This document shows positions 1-10,377 of a stretch of 64,000 nt of DNA, in pieces; the stretch's first letter is position 1; each line of letters starts with the position of its first letter. The stretch lies in contig PSLZ01000002.1 of NCBI GenBank assembly GCA_040289885.1, positions 70,377-134,376 on the forward strand. Reading direction: 5' to 3'. Below the pieces are notes generated by a model. The model searched no databases and was not told the DNA's origin. It worked only from the letters and a program-made list of their open reading frames with translations. Position numbers and translations under genes: made by a program. Source of the DNA: Armatimonadota bacterium. Its GTDB lineage: Bacteria; Armatimonadota; HRBIN16.

Positions 1-803
1 AAGCGCACCGGTTCCTTTCCGTTGGCAAAGGCGCGTATCTGCAGGCTGGCGCGGCTCTGCTCGGCTTGCAAGCGTTTTGCACTTCGCTCACGCAGTTCCT
101 TACGCTTCCGCTCGTACTCCTCCTCGATGGCTTTTACCCGGGCACGGATGCGCTCCGCCGTTTCCTCTTCTATCTGCACCAGCCTGCGCTCGAGCGCCGC
201 GGAGAGGGTTTGCTGGTCTGCCTCTGCCTGTTTCAGGCGTGCGCTCAGAGCGTCACGCTGGTCCGGTCGGATGCGCAGGAGACGCTGGATGACACGCCTT
301 TTGATCTCGGCTGTCGCCTGCTGGGGTTGATATTGTCGCAGAGCTTCCTCCACCGCTTGCCCCGCCTGACGGATAAGCTCTTGTCGCGCCGTTTCCATTT
401 GCACCCTCTGCTCCGCGTCAATCTGCGCCAGTTCTTCCTGCAAGAGGCGTGCTTCCATCTGCTGGAGGCGCGCGTTTAACGCCTGTTGTTGCTGTCCGGT
501 TGCCTCTAGGACACGCTGGCGCCGACGCTCGGATTCAACCGTCTGAATCGGCTGAATGGTCAACGCGGGTAGTAACAGCGTCGGTGGTACCCCCTTCGCT
601 TCCACCGGGATAGCCGGCTGGGGGAAATGGATGGGCGTTTGCGCTTCCCACAACGGATGGTATACCAGCAGGGCCCGCCATTGCACGTAAACCACCCTCT
701 GCTGTGGCGTTCGTGCGCAACCGCCCAGATAGCCCCCAGCCACCAGCACTACCAGTAGCGGGAATGCGACCTTCTTACTTCTTGTTAAGCCGCTTGATGA
801 CAT
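1..803 (-). CDS. Coiled-coil putative lipoprotein (partial, runs off the left edge; not in the ORF track)
   Basis: Manual translation from ATG at 803 (overlapping the skp 3' end): MSSSGLTRSKKVAFPLLVVLVAGGYLGGC-ARTPQQRV..., open to position 1. Basic N-terminus, hydrophobic stretch, lipobox-like LGGC, then Q/E/R-rich helical sequence. Confidence 0.7.
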   Translation of the reverse strand, partial: MSSSGLTRSKKVAFPLLVVLVAGGYLGGCARTPQQRVVYVQWRALLVYHPLWEAQTPIHFPQPAIPVEAKGVPPTLLLPALTIQPIQTVESERRRQRVLEATGQQQQALNARLQQMEARLLQEELAQIDAEQRVQMETARQELIRQAGQAVEEALRQYQPQQATAEIKRRVIQRLLRIRPDQRDALSARLKQAEADQQTLSAALERRLVQIEEETAERIRARVKAIEEEYERKRKELRERSAKRLQAEQSRASLQIRAFANGKEPVR

Positions 804-1407
804 CGTTGGTGATGTCGTTGGAGGCAAAGAGTACCTGGGTGCTGTCGAAGACCACCGCCAACCCCTTTTCCTGAGCGATCGCAGCCACCGCTTTGCGGAT
901 CTCCTGTAGCATCTGATTGATCATCTCATCCCGGCGCGCGCTGAGTTGGCGTTCAAACTGATCCTGTTGCTGTGCCAGTGCCTCCTTGTTTCGGTTCTCA
1001 ATCGCGGTCAGTTGATTGATGCGCTGGACTTCCTGCTCGGAAGGGGGGTTCTTCTGGCGCAGCTGCGACAGCTCCTGATTGAGCTGCTGGGACTTCTGCT
1101 CGATCTGCTGCATTCTCTGTTTTTGCTGTTCCGTCGGGTTGGACAGGCTCGCCAGGTTTTGGTATTCGGCAATTTCCGATTCATCGAGCAGCAGATTGTT
1201 CGCCCGCCACTGCAGTTTGGCGCGCATCTGGTCGCTCATCTGTTGAAGCTGGCTTTCCAGCACCTTGCGCTGTTCGTACTCGTCGACGACACGCTTCAGG
1301 TCTACCATGCCGAATCCCCCACCTGCGCCACGCGCCTGTGCCCAGGCGCCTGCGGTTAGGCTGAGGATGCCCGCTATCGCGAGAAGCAGGCTCACAGCTT
1401 GTCTCAT
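775..1407 (-). CDS. skp: OmpH/Skp family periplasmic chaperone
   Basis: Signal peptide, FGMVDLKRVV start, long coiled coil, C-terminal AVAAIAQEKGLAVVFD...DITNDVIKRLN; directly downstream of bamA. Confidence 0.9.
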   Translation of the reverse strand: MRQAVSLLLAIAGILSLTAGAWAQARGAGGGFGMVDLKRVVDEYEQRKVLESQLQQMSDQMRAKLQWRANNLLLDESEIAEYQNLASLSNPTEQQKQRMQQIEQKSQQLNQELSQLRQKNPPSEQEVQRINQLTAIENRNKEALAQQQDQFERQLSARRDEMINQMLQEIRKAVAAIAQEKGLAVVFDSTQVLFASNDITNDVIKRLNKK

Positions 1408-1443
1408 GGGATACTCCTCCTCGTTGTTGTCGGTGATGATACC

Positions 1444-3255
1444 TCAAAATACATTGCCGATGCTGAAATGGGTGCGTGCCCCTTCACTGCCGAAACCATA
1501 ATCCAGGCGCAGGGGACCGATAGGGGTGCGCACGCGAATGCCGATCCCCACCCCCACCTGCGGTTTGAAGCTCGAATGCTGGGTGAAATTGTTGATCGTG
1601 CCGTAGCGCCCACCCCAGGCGTCGCCCACATCCACAAACAGCACTCCCACCAGGTTCTGCGCCAGCGGTGCCCGATACTCTATGCTGAACAGCGCCACGT
1701 TCTCGCCCCAGAATCGGTCCTCGGCATAACCGCGCAGGCTTTCGGCACCACCGAGGAAGAACTGCTCGAAGAAGGGTAGCTTGCCAAACGCCCGCCCACC
1801 GTACAGTCGGAAGGCAAACACGTGCCGCTTATCCGCCAGAGCGCGCCGCCGCCCCTGCGGGGAAAAGTAGCGCCGAAGGTCTATCGAAACCTTGTTGAAG
1901 GTCGCCTTGCCCACAAAGCCTCCCGCAATGGCAGTACCGACGTCTTTCAGGTCCGCCAGAGCGGTCTCGAAGCTGACAGAGTCGAACCCCCCCGAAGCCG
2001 GGTCGAAATCCACGTCACGTGTGTTGTGCGTCAAGCGCAGGGATAACGCGCTGACCGTGCCGTCCTGCTTGATGAAAATCTCTGTAGGCAAGACGGCGGG
2101 GTTGTTGGTACGCACCGTTTCCGAACGCAGGCTCACGTAGGTGCGGACGGTCTCTGACAGCGGACGGCTGAGGGTCACGATCCCGCCGCGGCGACGCTCA
2201 TCGTAGCGGTTCTCATCGCCGATGGTGCCCGGGTTGGACATGAACAGCCCTCCGCTGAACCGGTAGAGCGTTTTGTCAAACAGGTTCACAGAGAGCGAGG
2301 TGTTGCGCCTGTCTAGCCAAGGCTCGGTGAAGTTGACCTCATAATTATTGGTGTTGGCGGGTCCGCCGCGCTCCAGACGCACCCCTAACGTCTGCCCTAG
2401 CCCGCGAAAGTTGGTTTCGAACATCTCTACAAAGCCCACCAGCTGCTGGCGGTTATTATACGAGGCACCGATGGAGAACAGTCCGGTGCGCCGCTCTACC
2501 ACGTTGATGGTGATAATCACTTTGCTTAAATCCGAGCCAATCTCGGCTTTGTAGCTGATGTCTTCGAACAGCTCGGTGTTATACACTCTCTGCAGGTCCT
2601 TCTGGATCTGCTCGAGGTTATACAACGCCCCTGGGCGCACATAGCGCATCTCACGAAGTACCACGCGCTCGCGGGTCTTACGCAGTCCGCTGACCTGCAC
2701 CGCCTCGATGGTCACCTCTTTGAGAGGCAGATTGAGAACGGTGGGGTCATTGCGGTCAAGCCCTACCGTTTCGGGATCGACGTTCACCAGATAGCCTTTC
2801 TGCATGTAGAGACGGGTGATGGCTTCGATATCCGCAGCGAGGTCATTGTGATTGAGCAGTTTACCCGGTTGGGTGCGCATAAGCTTCTGTATCTCCTCTG
2901 TGGGGAAGACCGTGTTGCCCGTAATGCGCACCTGACTGAGGCGTGGATATTCCTGCACTTCGTAGATGATTCGGACGCCCTGTGGGGTGGTTTCCGTGCG
3001 CGGGATCACATCGCTGAAAAAGCCCATATCGCGCAGTGCTGCACGGTCTCTGCTAAGCAAAGTCTGGTCGAAGTCCATGCCGGGCTTTGCCGAGATCTTC
3101 GCCAGAATGGCTTCTTGGGGCACGTTGACGTTGCCTCGGATGACCACTTCGACAATGCGTTGGGCATGGGCGTTGACAGCAATCGCCCACAACGCGATGA
3201 CAAATGCTATGCGTACTGCTCTCATGGTTGAACCGGTTGTTCCCTCCTTCATCAC
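1444..3255 (-). CDS. bamA: Outer membrane protein assembly factor BamA/Omp85 (about 3 POTRA domains plus beta-barrel)
   Basis: POTRA repeats (V/I-x-I-x-GN), FFLGGAESLRGY motif, C-terminal GIRVRTPIGPLRLDYG...HFSIGNVF ending in Phe. Start may be a later ATG (MRAVRIA). Confidence 0.93.
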   Translation of the reverse strand: MMKEGTTGSTMRAVRIAFVIALWAIAVNAHAQRIVEVVIRGNVNVPQEAILAKISAKPGMDFDQTLLSRDRAALRDMGFFSDVIPRTETTPQGVRIIYEVQEYPRLSQVRITGNTVFPTEEIQKLMRTQPGKLLNHNDLAADIEAITRLYMQKGYLVNVDPETVGLDRNDPTVLNLPLKEVTIEAVQVSGLRKTRERVVLREMRYVRPGALYNLEQIQKDLQRVYNTELFEDISYKAEIGSDLSKVIITINVVERRTGLFSIGASYNNRQQLVGFVEMFETNFRGLGQTLGVRLERGGPANTNNYEVNFTEPWLDRRNTSLSVNLFDKTLYRFSGGLFMSNPGTIGDENRYDERRRGGIVTLSRPLSETVRTYVSLRSETVRTNNPAVLPTEIFIKQDGTVSALSLRLTHNTRDVDFDPASGGFDSVSFETALADLKDVGTAIAGGFVGKATFNKVSIDLRRYFSPQGRRRALADKRHVFAFRLYGGRAFGKLPFFEQFFLGGAESLRGYAEDRFWGENVALFSIEYRAPLAQNLVGVLFVDVGDAWGGRYGTINNFTQHSSFKPQVGVGIGIRVRTPIGPLRLDYGFGSEGARTHFSIGNVF

Positions 3256-3261
3256 GAATAC

Positions 3262-3828
3262 CTACCCCCGATAGTATGGCTCCAGTTTTCGGCGCAGAAG
3301 CGCTCGCGCACGTGAGATGCGCGTCTTCACCGTATCCAGCGGCAAGCCGGTCACCTCCGCAATCTGTTCGTAGCTCATCCCCTCCAGGTCGCGCAGGATG
3401 GCGAAGACGCGGTAACGCGGGGGCAGTGATTGCACGGCTTGCTGCACCCTTTGCCTCAGCTCCTCTTTTTCCAGCAACTGCAGTGCCGAGGGCGAGGGGT
3501 CTGGCAACTCGGTGTACAGGCTGTCACCGTCTGCTTCCACAGGCTCGTCCAGCGAGCGGCTGAGGAACTCCTGTTCGCGCCGAAGCCGTCGCAGATACGA
3601 GCGATACTCGTTGATGGCAATCCGGTACAACCAGGTGTAGACGCTTGCCTCTCCGCGAAACCGCCCGAACGCCTCGTACGCCTTCACAAATGTATCCTGC
3701 GTTAAATCCGCTGCAAGATGCGTGTCTGTCACCATGTGACAGAACAGGTTATAAATCCGCGCGTAGTACGCATCCACAACCTCTGCAAACCGGCGACGGC
3801 GCTCCTCATTGTCCTCATAAAAAGCCAT
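3262..3828 (-). CDS. ECF RNA polymerase sigma factor (RpoE/SigW-like)
   Basis: DLTQDTFVKAY...FRGEASVYTWLYRIAIN (region 2) and LRDLEGMSYEQIAEVTGLPLDTVKTRISRAR (region 4). Confidence 0.93.
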   Translation of the reverse strand: MAFYEDNEERRRRFAEVVDAYYARIYNLFCHMVTDTHLAADLTQDTFVKAYEAFGRFRGEASVYTWLYRIAINEYRSYLRRLRREQEFLSRSLDEPVEADGDSLYTELPDPSPSALQLLEKEELRQRVQQAVQSLPPRYRVFAILRDLEGMSYEQIAEVTGLPLDTVKTRISRARALLRRKLEPYYRG

Positions 3829-3885
3829 GGCTCTCCCGCGGATACATGCTTACTGTGCGCCGCCCTCGTTGTGTAGTCTTTCACT

Positions 3886-6800
3886 CTAGAACCGAAAACT
3901 TCCTTCTACGCCCCACAGCCTCTGCTGTTTCTCGTCCACCGAGAAACTCAACTGCAGGCGGCGCAATAGCCGAGCCCATCTCGGTAACTCGTAAAGTATC
4001 TTGACGACGTATCTCTCCTGCTGAGCAGAGACCGTTCGCCAGTAACTCAGACTGAAACCGTCCCAGAGTCGTTTCACCAGAGTCACGGTGATCGGCTCAT
4101 TCCTGTCGTACTCGATTCGGAACTCGCGCAGTTGCAACGCCTCCTCGATGCCCCGCTCCAGGGGCGAAAAGAGCTGCGGCACATACGACGAGGTGAACAG
4201 GTTGACCACCTCGCGCTGAAGCACCTGCTCCATGTTGCGCCCCGCTAGGATCTCCTCCAGCGCGCCCACCCCCAGTGCCCGCGCGATTCGCTGAGTGGAT
4301 AGGTCAGGCGGGTCCGAGCGAAACTCGGTGCGTAACCCCTCCGGCGAAGTGATAGCTCCATTCGCCACCACCGTGACGCGATAACGACGTACCTCGCCAG
4401 TGGGAGAAGGGATGCTGAGGCTAGTGTTCGCCTGTACGTTCACATTCACCCGAAACGGGTTGTCGCCGGGCACCGGATAGTCTAATGTAATGAACCCACC
4501 CGGCTCCAGGCGGAACCGCGCGGTGGGGAAGTACACATAACCCCGCTCCAACCCCAACTGCCCATGAATCAAGGGCTCCTGCAACGACCCGCTGAGCACA
4601 ATCTCACCGCCCGCTTGCGTGGAGAGGCGGGGACTGTTCAGCCACATCCCCTCACCAACACGCAGAACCACGTTGTCAAAGCGCGGATTGACGGGCAGGG
4701 GGCGCGTCTCCGCTCTCTGCTCGGGGAAGCTGGCAGGCAGGACAAACACCCCTCCACTGGCAACCACCGTCCCCGCTATCTGCGGGCTTTCCGCACTGCC
4801 TGTAATCTTCAACTCGCCATCCAGAAAGGCACGTATCTGCTCCCCATACTGCCCCGACAGGTTGCGTTCGTCCAACCAGAACCGCTCCAGACGCAGGTTT
4901 GCGTCAATACGCTCCTGACCTTCCCCATCGAAGCGCACTTCGCCTGAAGCCACAATGCGTCCGCCGCGCGGCGTGTCGCCCACCGCACGCAACTCTGTCA
5001 GCCGAATCGCCTCGTTCTGGAACTGCACGGAGGTGTGCACGTCCCGAAACCCCGTTCGAAACAGCGCCATCCGCAGAGTGTCCGCGCTCAACTGCAGATC
5101 TCCTGACAGCTGCGGCGCCGAGCGAGTGCCTGCCAGCACAGCTTTCAGTGACCATTGCCCCACTGCCTCGCGAATGCCCACGGAGGGCACATATGCCAGC
5201 AGGGCACTGAGCGGCTGGGGCTGTGCCTCGACACGAATGTCCATCGGCTCGTTATCAGGTACTCCGAAGGGCTCCCAGTGGAACGGTAGCGTGCCCCAGA
5301 TGCGCACCTGCCCCTCTTTCTGCGCCAGCACGATGTCCGATATATTTAACTTTCCTTCTGAAATCTGAACTTTACCGCTCAAGACACGCTCAGCCCGCAC
5401 CGCGCCGAACTGGGGCTCTTTCAGCGCAAGAGCCAGCACCACGTCGGGCGAATCGCTCTTACCCGAAAGCTCCACCGTCGCCATCTCCAGCTTGCCTCGC
5501 AGTTCGGTTGCCCGGGGAAGCCACCTCTGGAACCATGCGAGGTCGAAGTTATACGCCTCGGCACTGAGGTTCACCACGCCCTCCGCATCGTAGGTGCCGG
5601 AAGCCAACAGCCGGTGCTCGCCGTTCGCCCACACGGCGTCCTGCAAATGCCACGTGCCTACAGAATCTCTGCGAATGCTCGCACGAAGCGTGCCCAGCAA
5701 GCGACCGTCTATCTCCAGATTTTCCAGATTCAGCAACACGACAGCATCCGGGTTTTTGCTCTCACCCGATAACCTGAACGGCACGGCCGCCGTGCCCGAA
5801 ATGCGTCCGAGTTCACGCAGTGCCTCACCCAGCTTGGGTACCCGTTGACGAAGCCATACACTGTCCATCACCCGCTCACTCAGCGCTCCTAGCGAGGCTA
5901 CCGACAGCGTGCCCTCGGCGGTGATGGTGCGCTCGGCATCGGAAAGGCGCAGAGCGGGAACGGCAAGGCTGAGGTCGGGACCAGTAGCATGGATATTCTG
6001 AGCGGTCAGATCCCCTTTTTGCCACTCTACCTGCGCATAGCCCTCGTGCAGTTGCAGGACATCCCACATGGCACTATGGACGAGCATCTCGCCACGAAAC
6101 TGCGGTTCCCGCTCGGTTCCAGATACCACGCCCCGCACCGACACCTCTCCGCTGAGGTCCTGGGGAGCATCCTCAGGCAGAAGCGAGCGTATCTGCGCCA
6201 GCGGTAGGTGCTCGCCCTCCACGCGGAACGACAGTGCCCCTGCGCTATCTCGCTCGCCCTCTGCCTTCACCGTGCCCTCGCCCAGCCTCGCGGAAAGGGC
6301 CGCTTTGACCGCGCCTTCCTCGTAGTGCACTACTCCTTGAAGGGCGGTGAGGTTCCACTCTCTGACCTGCGCAGTGGGCACATTCAGCGTCACATCGATA
6401 ACCGGGGCGCGTAGTTTGCCCCCAACGTGGAAGATCGCTCTGCCCACCGCTTCCACGGGCACAGCCTCCTCACCCTCGGAAGGCTCTCGCAGAGCTGAAA
6501 GCACCTCTTGCGCGGACACATTGTTTGCCACGCCATCCAGCCACAACTGCGCTTTCTCAGGCTCCAACGGCAGATGCAGTTCGCCCTGCCACATCACCTC
6601 CATCGGCGGACGGCGAGCAATGCTGTCTGCTACCTGCACTTTGTCAGGAGAGGCTTCCACGCGCGCCACCAGATAGTCCAGCATCCAGCGACGCCACTGC
6701 AAATCCGTTGCTTCCACTACCCCGCGAAAAACAGGCTGGCGAAAGGTGCCGGTGAGCTCTCCGCGTGCGTATACCCACGCCGATGGCACATCTCCCTCGT

Positions 6801-8436
6801 GCTGTAACCGGGGCGCGAGGCGTTCCACCCACGGCGCCAGCAGCAGCTCGTCTGCACGCACACGCAATGCCATCTGCCCGCGCTTCAGATCGACCTCACC
6901 CGATACGTAGCCCGCCCCAGTCCAATCTTCTAGCATCGCGCCGTCAATGTGTAGGGTGTCGGGGGTCCAGCGTATCCGCGCCTGTGCGTGCTCGCACCGC
7001 CAAAGCTTTCCCGCCAATCGCTCTCCATGCAGGTTCATCACTACCGATGGCTTTCGCAGGGAACCGCTCGCCAACCCTTCGCCATGCACCACTCCGCGCA
7101 CGTCCTCCGGCAGAAGCGGTCGTAGACGTGCCAGATTTACCTCTCTAGCGCTCCACCGCACACCAAACTGCCACTCCTTGCCCTGTTTCCACGCCATCCC
7201 CTGCCCCTGTAGCCTGCCGTCGGCAACCTCCAAGCGCGCGTCATGCAGAAGGAGAAAGTGCGGGTTCAGTACAACTTTTGTGCGGATATCCTGTATATCA
7301 ATCTTTTGAACCTCTGCCCGTGCCGTGCGCACCTCCCCCTGTACATGCGGTTGGGATAGCGTTCCCCGAAGGGCTAACGTAGCGTCCACCGGTGCTCTCA
7401 AGGTCACCTGCGGTGCATACCGCCGTAGCCAGGCATGCAGTTCATTCGGGGGCACTTTTTGAGCGTCTACCCTCATGTCCAGAGCAACCTGTGGTGTCCA
7501 TTGCACGGTGCCCACTGCGAAGACACGCCCCGAACCCACGTGGGCACGCGCTTGTCCCGTGGCAGTGCCTGTGTGAAACGCGGTTTCGGCGCGCAGGTTA
7601 TGGAGGGCAAGAACACCCTGCGGCGACCTCCAGCGCGCCTCCTCCGCCTCCACTACCGCCTTGCCCATATACCGGTAACGTTTTGGCGCGGTGGTGTACA
7701 CCCACACGATGCCTGTTGCCCGCGCACTGCCCACGTCCAGCGTGCGAATCTTGGTATATGCCAGCAGGTGGGATACGGGCACATCGGAAGCAGAGACGCG
7801 CAGACGCAGGTGTTCATTACCCAGCCAACCCACCACCTCCGCTTTCAACGGAGGCATCGCCTGCCCATGCGTGAAGCGAAAAGTGGTGATGCCTGCTGTG
7901 GAGCGTATCTCGCCGTTTACTTGGTGAACGGTCGCTTGCAGTACTGGGCGGGCGATATGGTCCTCGAAGTACAGCGTGCCGTTGGCGATGTGCACTGTCC
8001 AAAAGACCTCCGCCCGTGCGCGACGCTTGGGCAGAAACGGCGAGAAGTTCCACCGCCCATCGGGCAGACGCACCGCCCGCGCCACGGGATAACTGACGCG
8101 AATATCCGGTTGGCGCGAGTATACTCCGCTGACCGCTATCTCTCGCGCGGCGACGAGGGGCTTTTGAGGGGCATAGGGGTCACCCAGAAAGACGTTACGC
8201 GCAACCACCTCGCCACGCAGAAGGTCGGCGGAAACCTCGCCCACCAGAATAGGCGTATGCCATTCCCGTTGCGCCCAGGCGATGCCTGCAGCGATAGCTT
8301 CCTGCTGAAAGCGCGGAAGCACCTGCCACACATAGAGTGCGCAAACGCAGAACACCCAGAGAAGCGGTGCGATCAGCACCAGCCAGGCGATCATGCGCAC
8401 CGAGCGATGTGGGTGTGGATGCAGGCGAGCGATCAA
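3886..8436 (-). CDS. tamB: Translocation/assembly module TamB-like (AsmA-like N-terminus, DUF490-type C-terminus)
   Basis: 1516 aa, N-terminal TM helix, DGRWNF AsmA-like motif, repeated GT/S-x-x-x-P-x-x-x-G beta-taco motifs, FRSDPPDLS near the C-terminus, ends GSFRF; in the bamA cluster. Confidence 0.8.
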   Translation of the reverse strand: MIARLHPHPHRSVRMIAWLVLIAPLLWVFCVCALYVWQVLPRFQQEAIAAGIAWAQREWHTPILVGEVSADLLRGEVVARNVFLGDPYAPQKPLVAAREIAVSGVYSRQPDIRVSYPVARAVRLPDGRWNFSPFLPKRRARAEVFWTVHIANGTLYFEDHIARPVLQATVHQVNGEIRSTAGITTFRFTHGQAMPPLKAEVVGWLGNEHLRLRVSASDVPVSHLLAYTKIRTLDVGSARATGIVWVYTTAPKRYRYMGKAVVEAEEARWRSPQGVLALHNLRAETAFHTGTATGQARAHVGSGRVFAVGTVQWTPQVALDMRVDAQKVPPNELHAWLRRYAPQVTLRAPVDATLALRGTLSQPHVQGEVRTARAEVQKIDIQDIRTKVVLNPHFLLLHDARLEVADGRLQGQGMAWKQGKEWQFGVRWSAREVNLARLRPLLPEDVRGVVHGEGLASGSLRKPSVVMNLHGERLAGKLWRCEHAQARIRWTPDTLHIDGAMLEDWTGAGYVSGEVDLKRGQMALRVRADELLLAPWVERLAPRLQHEGDVPSAWVYARGELTGTFRQPVFRGVVEATDLQWRRWMLDYLVARVEASPDKVQVADSIARRPPMEVMWQGELHLPLEPEKAQLWLDGVANNVSAQEVLSALREPSEGEEAVPVEAVGRAIFHVGGKLRAPVIDVTLNVPTAQVREWNLTALQGVVHYEEGAVKAALSARLGEGTVKAEGERDSAGALSFRVEGEHLPLAQIRSLLPEDAPQDLSGEVSVRGVVSGTEREPQFRGEMLVHSAMWDVLQLHEGYAQVEWQKGDLTAQNIHATGPDLSLAVPALRLSDAERTITAEGTLSVASLGALSERVMDSVWLRQRVPKLGEALRELGRISGTAAVPFRLSGESKNPDAVVLLNLENLEIDGRLLGTLRASIRRDSVGTWHLQDAVWANGEHRLLASGTYDAEGVVNLSAEAYNFDLAWFQRWLPRATELRGKLEMATVELSGKSDSPDVVLALALKEPQFGAVRAERVLSGKVQISEGKLNISDIVLAQKEGQVRIWGTLPFHWEPFGVPDNEPMDIRVEAQPQPLSALLAYVPSVGIREAVGQWSLKAVLAGTRSAPQLSGDLQLSADTLRMALFRTGFRDVHTSVQFQNEAIRLTELRAVGDTPRGGRIVASGEVRFDGEGQERIDANLRLERFWLDERNLSGQYGEQIRAFLDGELKITGSAESPQIAGTVVASGGVFVLPASFPEQRAETRPLPVNPRFDNVVLRVGEGMWLNSPRLSTQAGGEIVLSGSLQEPLIHGQLGLERGYVYFPTARFRLEPGGFITLDYPVPGDNPFRVNVNVQANTSLSIPSPTGEVRRYRVTVVANGAITSPEGLRTEFRSDPPDLSTQRIARALGVGALEEILAGRNMEQVLQREVVNLFTSSYVPQLFSPLERGIEEALQLREFRIEYDRNEPITVTLVKRLWDGFSLSYWRTVSAQQERYVVKILYELPRWARLLRRLQLSFSVDEKQQRLWGVEGSFRF

Positions 8437-9341
8437 CGCACTGGAGCACTCCCTTGCATGGCTTCCAGCTGAGCCAGACGTTCTGCCATTACCCGACGCG
8501 AGAACGCCTCCGCGTTGTACGAACTGCGCACAAAGGGCGCAGACGCCACAAACAGGAAGCCCATCTCTTCACCGATGCGCCGATATTCGGCAAACACGCT
8601 GGGATGCACGTACTCCACCACCGGCAGATGGTTCATGGTCGGGCGCAGATACTGCCCGATGGTCAGGCAGTCGACGCCTGCATCCCGTAGGTCGCGCATG
8701 GTCTGCACGACCTCCTCCTTCGTCTCTCCCAGCCCTACCATCAGCCCCGACTTGGTGTAGATCTTCGGGTTGGTGCGCTTGACGTAGTACAGGAGGTCTA
8801 TCGACCGCCAGTATTTGGCTTGCGGGCGCACGAGATGCTGTAGACGCTCGACCGTTTCCACATTATGATTGTAGATGTCGGGTTCCGCGTCGGCGACGGT
8901 CTTGATGCACCAGCGGAGGCCCTTGAAATCCGGGGTGAGCACCTCCACGATTGCGCCCGGGATCTCATAACGCACCGCGCGGATGGTTGCCGCGAACTGT
9001 TCCGCGCCGCCGTCCTTGAGGTCATCCCGCGCGACGGAGGTGATCACCACGTGCTTCAACCCCAGATGCTTTGCCGCTAGCGCCACGCGACGGGGTTCCA
9101 GGAGGTCTACCGATTCGCCGCGCCCGGTCTTGATGGCACAGAAACCGCACGCGCGGGTGCACACATCCCCCAGGATCATAAAGGTCGCAGTACGCTTGCT
9201 CCAGCATTCGGTGAGGTTGGGACAACGCGCGCTCTCACAGACCGTGTGCAACTGCAAGCCCTTGATGAGGCTATCCACTTCCTGTATCTGCCCCGGTCGC
9301 GGGGCGCGTATGGTCAACCATTCGGGTAGTCTTCGGTTCAT
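8433..9341 (-). CDS. lipA: Lipoyl synthase
   Basis: RLPEWL, TVCESARCPNLTEC, CTRACGFC radical-SAM motif, RSSY. Start placed at ATG 9341 behind an AGGAAAGG RBS. Confidence 0.96.
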   Translation of the reverse strand: MNRRLPEWLTIRAPRPGQIQEVDSLIKGLQLHTVCESARCPNLTECWSKRTATFMILGDVCTRACGFCAIKTGRGESVDLLEPRRVALAAKHLGLKHVVITSVARDDLKDGGAEQFAATIRAVRYEIPGAIVEVLTPDFKGLRWCIKTVADAEPDIYNHNVETVERLQHLVRPQAKYWRSIDLLYYVKRTNPKIYTKSGLMVGLGETKEEVVQTMRDLRDAGVDCLTIGQYLRPTMNHLPVVEYVHPSVFAEYRRIGEEMGFLFVASAPFVRSSYNAEAFSRRVMAERLAQLEAMQGSAPVR

Positions 9342-9378
9342 GAGACCTTTCCTTCGCTGCTGAAACTCCACCAATAGC

Positions 9379-9408
9379 ATTATATCCTTCTGGAAAGGCG
9401 CATGTAAA
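9379..9408 (-). promoter_or_regulatory. Putative sigma70 promoter for lipA-tamB
   Basis: Minus strand TTTACA-N18-TATAAT. Confidence 0.45.
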
Positions 9409-9499
9409 GGTCGAAACCGCACCAAAAGCCAGCAGGGATAAGTCCTTCCACGCGGAATCAAGAGAAGCTAAGCGATATCTGCCAACAGGAGGCGTTACG

Positions 9500-10375
9500 A
9501 TGCGATTCGAAGCGTTTACAGACTCCCGGTCGTTCCGGAACCAGCCCTCTGCTCTGCGTCAGCGGATGGCGCAAGACGGCTACCTGTTTATCTCCTCGTT
9601 GCTACCCCGAGCCGAGGTCAATGCCGTCTACGATGCCATCCTGCGAATCTGCCGAGAGGAGGGCTGGGCAGACGCCGAAAACCTCGCGCTGGGTGAGCCA
9701 CGCCTTGAGGGACATGAGGGCTGGTGGGCGGTGTATGACCGCGTGCAATGCCTGGAGCAGTTTCACGCCCTGGCGCATCACCCCGATATCATCCGGGTGA
9801 TCAAAGCCATTGTGCAGGAGCCGGTGCTGGTCCACCCGCGCAACATCGCCCGCATCACCTTTCCAGCCACCGCCCACTATACCACCCCACCCCATCAGGA
9901 CTATCCGCTCATTCAGGGCACGCCGGACACGTATACGGTGTGGATACCACTGTGCGATTGCCCCATGGAGCTGGGGGGACTGGCGGTTCTGCCTGGCTCG
10001 CATCGGGTGGGGCTACTGCCGGTGCATGCCGCTAGCGGTCCGGGTGGGCTGAGTGTGGATACCTCGCGCTGGGGCGATACATGGCTGGCACAGGACATGC
10101 AGGCTGGCGATGCGCTGATCTTCCACAGTTACACCGTGCATCGCGCCCTGGTCAATGTGAGCCAGCGCAGATTGCGCGTGTCGGTCGACTACCGCTATCA
10201 GGGCGTATCCCAGCCGATTGTGGAAGATTCTCTGCGCCCGCACTACGAGCGATTGAGTTGGGAACAGGTCTACCGGGGCTGGAAGCGCAAGGACATCCAG
10301 TACTACTGGCAGAATCTTGCTTTAAATATCGTACCGCGGGACTTCGAGATAATGCGCCCGGAGGAGTACCGCTAG
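9500..10375 (+). CDS. Phytanoyl-CoA dioxygenase (PhyH)-family Fe(II)/2OG dioxygenase
   Basis: PHQD, VWIPL, GGLAVLPGSH, AGDALIFH...TVH, RVSVDYRY motifs. Confidence 0.9.
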   Translation: MRFEAFTDSRSFRNQPSALRQRMAQDGYLFISSLLPRAEVNAVYDAILRICREEGWADAENLALGEPRLEGHEGWWAVYDRVQCLEQFHALAHHPDIIRVIKAIVQEPVLVHPRNIARITFPATAHYTTPPHQDYPLIQGTPDTYTVWIPLCDCPMELGGLAVLPGSHRVGLLPVHAASGPGGLSVDTSRWGDTWLAQDMQAGDALIFHSYTVHRALVNVSQRRLRVSVDYRYQGVSQPIVEDSLRPHYERLSWEQVYRGWKRKDIQYYWQNLALNIVPRDFEIMRPEEYR

Positions 10376-10377
10376 CC

